From: Amoebophrya sp. A120
Taxonomy: Eukaryota; Protista; Dinoflagellata
Assembly: GCA_905178155.1 (NCBI GenBank)
Contig: CAJINV010000021.1
Location: 411,760 to 475,759 of the forward strand
Length of the DNA stretch: 64,000 nt
Direction of reading: 5' to 3'
The notes beneath the pieces are model-generated. The model was not told the origin of the DNA. It ran no database searches and saw nothing but the letters and a program-made list of their open reading frames with translations. Positions 50,463 through 60,900 of this stretch are shown here, piece after piece; the first letter of the stretch is position 1; every line of letters starts with the position of its first letter. The position numbers were made by a program, and so were the translations under genes.

Positions 50463-53374
50463 ATGACTCTGCACGATCTGGACGGGGATGCGATCGATGT
50501 TGAAGAGGCCAGCACCTCGAAAGGAACTTCTTTCTGCCAAACTGGAACTTGCGGACGCAGGAGAAAAAAGCCTACCCAACCTGATTTAACCACCAACGAC
50601 TACTCCTACGTCCTGTTTCCCGAAGACACTACAGTCGCACGACCACCAGTACAGGTACATGCAGCAATGTTGTTGGCCGGGGACGAGAACTATCGTATGG
50701 GAAACCCCCCGACAGCTGCCGGAATACACGAGGAACGTCGTTGGTACCACTTCCGGTGGCGATTTTTGTGTGAAGACACGGAAGCGGACGCGACCTGCTG
50801 TGAAGACGCTTGGTGATACATAAAGTACTTTCTCGGGGTCTGGTTCGGCTCCTTGAGTGCACTCGCTATCGGCTCCTATCTGGTCTTCCGGTGGGTGCAC
50901 GCTGAATTTCCATCCTCCGGTGGAGACGACGTCGCAAACGATCTACAACAACTTTTGTCGACGACAATTTCCAATACCAATGCAAGCCCGGTAGGAACCA
51001 CGACGGTCCTTGCTGCTTCGTCGTTTATCTCTGGCGCTACTCCTGTCGCTGCAACGACGGCCCCAGGAAATGTGGTGGCGGGGGCCTCGTTGAGCGGTTT
51101 TCTACCGATTAGAACAAATGGGTAAAAAGCTGCTAAACGGTGAAATCTGTATGTCGATTACCAATATAAGCGCCTCGGCTCACATAAAGCTTAATATGAC
51201 AGCAAACTATGCTCTTGCCGTAATGTTGAGTTTCAACATCCTACCAATCTCACAATTCTTGTGATTTGCGATTTCACGCCGGTCGTCCAGTTTTGCCGGC
51301 TGCTAGCGCAATGATTTTTGACCTAAAAGAAAAGCTGCATGTTTCTTGCTGTAATTCGAAGATAAAGCTGGCGGTCGTGACGAAAGCGATTTCTTCTTCC
51401 TGCTGCAATTCTATCAGTACAACTCTTGATAAACCAGATTTATGTTTCGTGTAAGAAAGAAAGTAAATCAGGATGTTGATCCGTATCTGTTGTAAGATCT
51501 AGAGGTCAACCGAAAAAATCAAAAATCTATGGCGTTGCTCCTTGAAAAAACTACAATCCTTGAATTTGATTTTTTGAAGTTTTTCCTTCGGGCATCAAAT
51601 TGGGGCCATCCTTACTTTGGGCCCGTTTGTGTTCCGATGCCTTTTTGTATGTGGTCATGTCCCGACGTTGATTCCTCTACGCAACGCGGGGTGTTTGGGC
51701 GAATCACTCACCAGTGAGAACAATCGATCACGAGACGAGACCACTCTGTGAGAAACAGTTTCGCAATTAAAGAAAGATGAAGAAACGCCACGGTCACGGA
51801 CTCCAGTGTGCGTCGGCACTCTTACCTCCGTGATGCTTTCTCGGTTTGCCGCACCACTGGAATTTGGCTTTCAGCCTGGGCCCGTTTCTATCGTTTGCGT
51901 TTGCTCTACTAGAGGATTAGAGGGGCGGGGCTCCTCCAGAGTCCAAGTTATTGGAGGGCTTGGCTTTGGGAATCACGTCAACACGCCGCGGCACCGACCT
52001 CCTCGGGCCCGGTTTTTCTTCCCTATCTACACTTTCGGAGGCGCAATTATGTCGGTATTGCGGAAAGGCCTAGTTTGGTCGGGTTTCATTGGCATGGTGT
52101 GCTCTTCGTGGACCCCTTGTGGGGACGTTTTTCTCGTGGTATTACACGCGATGCCCCACGCCGGGGGTAGATAGGGGCGCGGCTGCTTACCCGCTAGCCC
52201 GGACCTGCGGTCTGGTTCGCCAGCTTGTTGTCGGGCATGTTTTGTTTTTTTGGCTGGGGATTTTGGATTGGCGCCAGGTGCGTGCTCCCCTTCGCTTTTG
52301 GTGGCTTTTAGAAGCAATATCGGTTGCTCCCGCAGGGACGGCGGGGTTCCCGCCTTAGCTAGCTTGTCAGCGCCGCTGCCCGGTACAACTGCTACTCCTA
52401 TGAGGAGGGGTCTTTGCGACATTCCGAATAGGAGCGATGCCTCCACCCCGCTTGCGCGCGGGTCTTGTTTGTTAGTTTCTAGCCCGGGCGAGGCGTGGTC
52501 AGTTCACGCGCAGTTGCGGTCCTCCTTGGGTGTGGGAGGTTGCTGTGCCGTAGCTACTTGCTTTCTCGGCTGTGGCCGCGCGCGCGTTCCGTGCTAGCCA
52601 TGTGGCGGGAAGTCGTTTATTTCACCAGGCCACGGGGGAGAGCGGGCCTTTCATTTCGTGCGGGTTGTTGGAGATTGCTTAAAGGACGCGCGCTGGTAGA
52701 CTGGCTTCCTTCTGTAAGAGGGCTTGCCTTTTTCGGGTACTTGCATACACTGCTCCTGCTCGAGTTGCAGATGCTCGCGCTTCTAGCGTTGGTCAGCGAG
52801 GTAGGGGCTACGTGCGCTCGGCGCGGCGAGTCAGGGGCCCGGCGATAACGAGGGGGAGGCGCTTTTGGGAGCGAGGTTGTGCTGCCTGGGCATACAACTG
52901 TGCGACTTGAATAGATTCAGTCGGTTGCCTGTCTTCCCTTGGGGGCAAGTGGGGCTGGGGCTGGCGTTGTTCCCCCATTCAACCACCGGAGGTGGGGTTC
53001 TGGGGGGTCTTGCCCTGGGGGCCAGGTGGTGGCGGAGTGGGCCGTTCCCCGCTACGGAAGCTAGGTCCGGCCTGCTGCGCCCAGCCCCTACCTTCAGGCT
53101 CGCTCCAACGGGCCGCTTGGGCGGTGTCGGCTCTGTCTGGATAACACTCGGAAGGAACGCAGCGAAAATTAAAGAAAGATGAAGAAACGCCACGGTCACG
53201 GACTCCAGTGTGCGTGAAGATCGGTCGATCGCGCCAGGGGTGCCTACTATTGAAGATGTAGATGCTTTCCAAGTAAATAAAGTGTGGCAAATGTTGCGGG
53301 ATAAGCACGCTTCACTATCCACCCTAGGACACGACTACGATCCACTTCGGTTTGTCATCCGAAATCGGTTTTGA
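50463..53374 (+). pseudogene. Membrane-protein gene or pseudogene with three in-frame TGA codons and a 1.35-kb insert
   Basis: ORFs 50463 and 50853 share a frame across one TGA; the 51529 frame reads through TGAs at 51715 and 51778 and resumes after the 49-bp direct repeat; the junction at 51122-51530 is unresolved. Confidence 0.45.
51765..53215. repeat. 49-bp direct repeat flanking a 1353-bp GC-rich insert
   Basis: aattaaagaaagatgaagaaacgccacggtcacggactccagtgtgcgt at 51765-51813 and 53167-53215. Confidence 0.9.
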
Positions 53375-54016
53375 CAGTAGTGTTGTCGGTTCCGAGAAGA
53401 ACTAAAACCAGAGCTGATGTTGACGCAGTATTGACACGCGCCCTGTAATGACGAAGAACTTGAGTCACGCTATGTCAATGAAGTAATGTATGATGGTGAG
53501 TTACAGTAACAGTTATTCTTGTGATGTACTTTTAGACAAGGAAAATCGAGGAAGTTCATCAAAAATCGAACACCCCCCTACCCGGGGCTCCCGGGGAAAT
53601 AAGTTGATTGGTGTGGGCCCCAACCATTTCGCATTTCCCCCCCGCGGAGCCCGCCCCGCCATGCGCTGCCGCTGGCATGTGTGTCGTTTTTAGTTCTCAC
53701 GCCTGCGCATGTACGGGCCGAAGCGATCCCGGCATTTGCTCTACAGTCTTGCTCCGGTTCAAAGGTAGGCGCTTATGAAAGAACAGCCCGAAGGCGTTCG
53801 AAGGTGGCGCGCGTTTAAAATCGGCGCCACTGTTCCGAAAACGTTCCGGGGTCCCATTTTTTGTCCTGTCGCAGCGCAGAACGCTTCCGCTTTGTCACCT
53901 GAATGCTTTGCGCAGCTCGGAGAATGTAGAGCAGCGACATTACATCCACCAGCAGAACCACCCAGAGCCACAGGAGCAAACGGGCAGCCGCCCAACCCAT
54001 GTCCCCGCCCCGCCCC

Positions 54017-54327
54017 GGAGAAAACAAATCATCCAAAATTTAAATGTAATATGGCATTCAGAAACGGAAACCTTTTCAACACCCATACGAAAACGGCGAA
54101 TGTTCTGTTGTAGTGGGAGAGTTGTACAGGTATGATCCTCGGCGAAATGCAATAGAATACATCTGCGCAGGACCTGCGCAGATGTATTCTATTGCATTTC
54201 GCCGAGGATCATACCTGTACAACTCTCCCACTACAACAGAACATTCGCCGTTTTCGTATGGGTGTTGAAAAGGTTTCCGTTTCTGAATGCCATATTACAT
54301 TTAAATTTTGGATGATTTGTTTTCTCC
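54017..54327. repeat. Perfect palindrome with 155-bp arms and a 1-nt centre (54172)
   Basis: 54017-54171 is the exact reverse complement of 54173-54327. Confidence 0.95.
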
Positions 54328-54507
54328 AACGGGAGAACAAGCTCGTTGTAAGTACATATTACCTTGAATGACTTGGTCCTCCGACTATTCTCGTCTTGTA
54401 TTGGTACTTGTTATTTTGAAAGCTTAAGCCGACCAACCTGATACTGATTCTGCACAAACAGTTTTTCTTTTATTCATTTCTATCCAATACACACCTACGA
54501 CTTCTAT

Positions 54508-56654
54508 ATGACCCCTGATCTCTTCATCATGATGGCCCGTTCCTCAAGTGCAGCAACTATGTGCAGGACCTTGCTTGGCACGTCCGTCGTTCTGTTTACA
54601 CGCGGACCGGATGTCTTTTTTTGCGGCGATAAAATTGCCCTCTCCAGTCGTGGAGGCACGACTCTGATGGGAGTTGAGGCCGCTAGTTTGCAAGCGAGGA
54701 CTCCTGAACAAGTTCATGCAGAGGAAGAAATATCGCGTTTTTTTACGAACAGGCTTCCGCGCGATAAACACCCACGACCGGCTCTACTTACGACACAACC
54801 GCAAGACTCAAATAACGTACTTGAGCCGCAGCCACGGAGAGGGCAGCGCCTTGATGTGCTTTCGCTTGCGGATGAAGAGGAAGACGCATCTGGTGTTGAA
54901 AGAACATCCTTGCGGCCGCGCGGTCCGTGGGCAAGTGGAAGTGGCAGTTGTAGACGTTCTTCTCCCAGTACTGCTGGCCGGCGAAGGTCAAAGTCCCGTG
55001 CAGCGAGCAAGCATTCTTCCGGCAGTGGCCCTAGCCCAAGGCCGCTGTCTCCTCCCCTCAGCTCGCGCCCGACGTCTGCCGGAGGGCCCTCGCCACCGCC
55101 ACTCTCCCGGCCTGCTACCCCTGCCCTGATGTCATCATCTTCAGACTCACCACCTACGCCTACGTACCCGGTCGGCGATTTAGAGGCGTACTGCAAAGAC
55201 CAAATGTACGACGCTGCCGGTTTTGTGGAAGATGTGGTGCGAAAAATCGACCCCGTGAGGGATATGTGTCCCGCACCGCCCCCTCTAAGGACTACTTCGC
55301 CTTCCGTCTTCAAAGTGGAGAAGACCTTGCAAGATGCCCCAGGATACGCAAAAGTGTTTCTAGTGTGCAAAACATCTCCGGCTCGACGTCCAGCGGCTCA
55401 CAACCATGAAGAGGGTGTGGGTGCTGGAGATTCTACCGTGGCAAACGGCCAAGGAGATGATGAAAAAATGGAGCGAGCGGTTATCAAGCACGCGCCTGCA
55501 GAAGAAATTGAAGCAGCGCAGCAGATGCGTAGGGAAATCGGTACGATGACCGCTTTGGGCCTGGTCGGTGAACAAGATGATGCGACTACTTTCACCTCCT
55601 CCTCCTCTTACTCTACTGCGTCTGATGCTGATCCTTACAAGAATTTCAAAGACCATCTGGTCAAAATGACCGGTTGTTTCTCCGGAACGCCCTGCACATT
55701 CGCGCTTGAGTTCTGCGACATGCGAGACCTCTACGAGAAGATACTGGCTGACTGGAAAGCGAAAAGGCGTTTGACCGCTGCGGATCGCAACAGGTATCTT
55801 GCCGAATTGCTCAAGGCCGTGCATTTTATGCATACAAAAGGCGTCGCACACCGCGACATTTCCCCGGACAACGTGCTTCTCACGTCAACAAACGTGGGAG
55901 AGTTGCCTGCTGGGTCGGCGACCGCGAAACTATCAGATTTCGGCATGGCGTGCTCTATTTACGAGAGAGTTGATGTTGACGATATCAAGGACGAACAAGG
56001 CAAGGACCACGACCAGCGCAGTGGTGCTGAACATCAAAGATCAGAAATGCTGCCCCTAAAGTCTTGCGGGAAAAAGAGTTCCGAAACGTCATGGGAAAGG
56101 GCAGTTTCATCGCGCCGGAATGTTGGGCCTACGCGCAGTCGGAGCAATTCAGAGAAGCCGCGTTCCGAGGTCTACAACCAAAAACAATGTCGGGGTTCCG
56201 GGCGAAACCTCTGGACATTTTTGCCACGGGTCTCGTTGCGGTGCTTATGCGCGTGGTCGGGGCACCCTGGGGGCATGACAAGTGCATTCGAGGGGTCCGA
56301 CCCGCCGAATTTCTGTACCAAGACAGAGAGCGCAGAGAAAAATACACAGATGAGGACGGAAATCCGCAAACGCGACGGGTTCCTGCGAGCGCAAAAACGC
56401 GGCGCGAGGATTTCCAAGCACTTTTGCTGGAGTTGTGGGAGAAGGGGGTCTATCCGAAAAAGGGAAGCGAGTACTTGCGCCCCTGTAGTTTGCAGGAAGA
56501 GACCGAGGATAAGATGCTAGTGAAAGAAATTTCGCACATGCTATCAAAGAGACCCGCGGAACGAGCGACGGCGGAAGAAATGTTAAACATACACTGTGTG
56601 CAGAAATCGGGTCCTAGCAGTAGCCGTAGTTGTACTGCTGTTGCTCAAAAATGA
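54508..56654 (+). CDS. Ser/Thr protein kinase with a frameshift (or unrecognised short intron) near 56040-56090
   Basis: VIK, HRDISPDNVLL and SDFG lie in ORF 54508; GKGSFIAPE, DIFATG and RPAERATAEEML lie in ORF 56064. Confidence 0.8.
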
Positions 56655-57905
56655 CCAAACATATTATTTGTGGTAATAGAAATACAGGAGGCCGAGAAAA
56701 CGTGACACGTACGTAAAATGAGGAGAAGTTCTCCGACTGAACAACGCACGCTCGTCCTAAAGTAAAGAGAAAACTAGTGCTCCCCGTCGACCCCGCTCTA
56801 CCTCTGTGCAGTTTTAGTTGGTAACCATGAAGTAAAGAAAGTGCGTTTTGAATCTGTATTGAATTTGAGTTTGCATCAGTTTTTGTTTGTTGAATTCATG
56901 GCGTACGGCTAGCACAACTACTACGCAGTGTAGTTGGACTCTATACGTCAAGTAGGACCTATTTAGTATAGTACACACATTACAGTGGTGACCTGAAATA
57001 TCAAATATAGATAATTAAATTAAAAACCCATCTGCAAGTAGTTGCATCTTGCGAACATCTGCAATGGAAAAACAAGAAAAATGTAGTCGTGCATCTTGCG
57101 AACTACTGTGTACAAACAATTTGGTGCGAAAGTACAACCTCGTTCGAAAGAAGAAAGTCGCCTGATAGCAGCTCGGACATAACCTGAAGAACAGGCCGCA
57201 AAGAAAAAACGAAACAAAACGAAGCAGTCTATGGAATACATTCGGTTCGCGGATGATTCTTCATTGGTTTGTACGTGCAGTTGGACCAGACGGTGAAATG
57301 AAATCGCAAAAAAGAATCTGTGATCTACTTGCTCGAGGATGGGGACTAAAACGAAAAAAATGTGTTTTACCTAGAGGGTGGGTCAATCTGAAAATGTCAA
57401 CAAGAACATCAGTTGAAGTTGTATGAACGAGCGACGTTCTTCTTGGTCGTGTGTCAGTGATGCCATACTCGCTAATATCGTTCGCTTCTCCATTTCCGTT
57501 GAAAATGGCTGCTAGTGTTTCACATTTTTCAAAATTTTTATGAATAAGAATATGAGTCTCTCGTCTTAAAGGCGATGTCGTCCTAGATCGTAGATCCCAC
57601 CGGGTGTTCTCTGTTCATCAAGCTGTCCATGACAATAAAGAGGAAAGGTAAAAAACTATCAATACATGATAGAATGTTCGATGTCATGTCCTGTCGTGAT
57701 GTGAAACGTTAACGTTGTATTCCACCCGCCAGTCGTCCACCAAGTGGTCCTTGACGTCCGTAAGCCTTTTGACTCCTAGCCCGTCTCCGTGTAGTTCATT
57801 CTGTTTTCGTCGATTGTGTCTCTGACTTCTCTGTGTCGATAATAGATTGATAAATATTTTCACTATTGTTGCAGGAACAGCACCAAAAATCTTCATCTCA
57901 ACATC

Positions 57906-60900
57906 ATGTCCCAGTTTCTGAAGCGGTTTTGCCAGGGCGCCCGGAAGGCGCTGCAACAGGCGAGCTTGAGCACAGAACAGACCGGGCCTGCTGCAGCACC
58001 TTCAAAGCAACCGATCATCTTCGTGATGGGCAACACTTCGTGCGATTTGGATAGTGTCTGTTGCGCTCTCGCCCTGGCCTATCTTTTCGAGTTGGACAAA
58101 ACGTCGAAAACAGCAAACATTTCCTACATTCCGCTCCTGAACTACCGCCGGCAAGATTTCCCGAAGCTGCTGCAACAGGCCTACTGGCTGGAAAAGTACT
58201 TCCAAATTTCCGTCGACGATCTCTGTTTCTACGAAGACGCCGTGGCTACCATGTCTGCTAGTATTCCTGCGAAGGACGACGAGAAGGCTACCGCTCCTGG
58301 TGCAGCCGCGGGACCACCATCACCTGCGTGTTCCTTCCTCCTCGTCGACCACAACGAGGTCGACCCCACACAGAGGGAAACTCTGCGGGGGAAGGTCGTT
58401 GGCTGCGTCGACCACCACGAGGTCAACGCCGGAAATAAAGTGGATCAGTTCCTACGAGGAACTTCTTCTTCCCCAGACGACCCCGCGTTTGCTTCCTTTC
58501 CGCAAATTCTGGACATCCGCATTCCCTCCGTCTGCGGTCCGGAGGCCATCGTTGGCAGCTGCTCTAGCTTGATTTTGGAACGAACAGTGAAAGTGTACGA
58601 AAGTAGGATAGCGACGCCGGCGACGGGTACTACTGGTTTACAACAAACCGAGTTTTTTTCCGAGCTTTTCTCGCTTCTCTCCGGCGCGATTTTGTGCGAC
58701 ACGCGAAATTTCGCGGACGCGACCAAGGGCAAATGTGCCCAAGAGTTTTCCGAGCTTTATTTTTCGCTTCTCTCCGGAGCCATTTTGTGCGACACGCGAA
58801 ATTTCGCGGACGCGACCAAGGGCGTCGGGGAGTGGCTTCGGGGGGCAACAGCGCAAGAGCTCCGCAAAAGCCCTCCAGCAAGGCATGCCACGACCCCAGC
58901 TGGATGCTGTCTGACACGCGGCGAGTGGCGCCGCCGCAGCCGTCTGGCCTTAGAGGCCCGGAGCCCGCTCGAAGGCGGGGCTCTGCTCCCTTTCTAGTAG
59001 ACCCGGATCAGTTGGGTTCCTGCCTTGGCACGCGGGCAGGGCCTGGGTCGCAGCGGGATGGGAAGACACCCCGTCAGAGGCATTGCCAAATTAGCAGACG
59101 CGAAGCCGGCCATAAGACTGCCGTCACCCGCGCCGCGGACAGAGGAGTGCGTCGGAACACGGCGCATAAGCCTTGCTGCCCCACTGGCGGCGGAGGAGCT
59201 AGGATGGGGATCCACATGGCCAGCCCCGGCATGCCTGTTGCTCTGAGGCAATTCGACCTGCATTGCTTTGGGTTTGTGCTGCTTCGGGACCTCCCCGGGG
59301 GACCTCCCCGAGGGACCTCCTAAAACCGACCAAAAGTGGAATGGTTCGGAAAATCTTCGCCCGATGGTATGAGACCTCCTCGTAGAGGTCCCTTGAGGAC
59401 CTCCCTTGAGGACCTCCGGGAACGCCTCGAAAGGCCAGACTTCGGCTCGCACCTTTCCGCAGGACAAGGTCAGCACCCCCCACTCCTGAAGCAAAGTGAA
59501 CGGCCAACCCCGGAGCCCCGGCCGGAAGGCGGGCGCACGGGTTTCTGCCAACACTGTGGCGGACTTGTAGATCCGAAGCTGCGCATGGTGGAAACGCGAC
59601 GCAGCCTGCCGCCCGAAAATAAAAGTTGCGAAATCTGAGCGAAGGGCGCTCAAGCTTCGCCCAAAAACGTCATCCCGCTGGCCAGCGCCTGTTCCTTCAT
59701 TGCAACAATGGCCGCGCGCCATGAGCTTCATTAAGAAAGCCAACATGCTTTCCGCGATAGGCGAGCTTCAGAGGCCGTGGCAAATTGGTGGACAAGACAA
59801 GACGGGCGTCTAGCTAGTCTCCGATGTGCTAGCTTTCCTCGCCCGCTTCACCGTCATGCCTCCGGAGCTGCGCAAATTGCCCCAAAAGCTATGCGACTCC
59901 GTGCGGCGGCCTTTTTACCCGGAGCAGTGCGGCACAACTGTGCGACCGGTCGAGGGCTCACAGTCGGCGCCCGACTCGAGCATGAACCAGCTTGAATGCT
60001 CAAGATCTGTGCACTGTGTGCTGATTCTTTGCTCGCCGATTCTGATGGGCCTTTGCGCGCGCGCGTTCCGATACTTAAAGAAAAATTTGAAAATATTTCT
60101 TGATTCAACAGTTGATCGCGTTATAGCGGGTACTACTGGTTTACAACAAACCGAGTTGTTTTCCGAGCTTTTTTCGCTTCTTTCCGGCGCGATTACTAAG
60201 TGGAAATTTCCCGGAAACCGGAAAATTGAAAAAAATCCCTCTCTTTTGAAGACGACGCTGCGAGTACGACGTCGAGACGCGGTGGCTGCTCGGCGGGTTG
60301 CTGCGCGGATGTTCCTGCTTCTGCTCAAAGAAACCAGTCTAATTGATCCACTCAAAAATCCTCACTCACAGGTACTCACTATACGAAAATATCAAAGCAC
60401 TCTACAGGTCGAAATCCTTACCCTGTCACGCCGATCCGCCGCCAGCAGGAGATAAACACACACACACGCCACAACTACTTCATTCGCAAATCATAGTAGA
60501 CTCTCCTCATCATAAATCTCTACGCATCAGAAATTCAAATAAAAAACTCAGATCATACAGGCTACCGCTACTCTACATGTGTGGCCCTACAGAACCGAGG
60601 TGCTCAGGTTCGGAGTGGTCGTAGTCGAGCAAGGTGCCGAAGAGCAGGTGGATCACCAAGAGGACGTGTTGCACCGGGTGGCGCAACATGTCCTCAAGCT
60701 GGTGAGACAATACGGCGCCAGCAGTTCCTGGGATCTCGGTCCAGACGTGGCGGTGGTTCTGGTTGATTTTTTAAGCTGTAAACCTGATGGGAGAATTTCA
60801 ATTTGATTTTTGATGTCGGAATGCGGAAGAACCTGTCTATTTGAGAACTTTTTGAAATGATCTGGATTTATGTGATGTTGTGGCGTGTGTGTGTGTGGGG

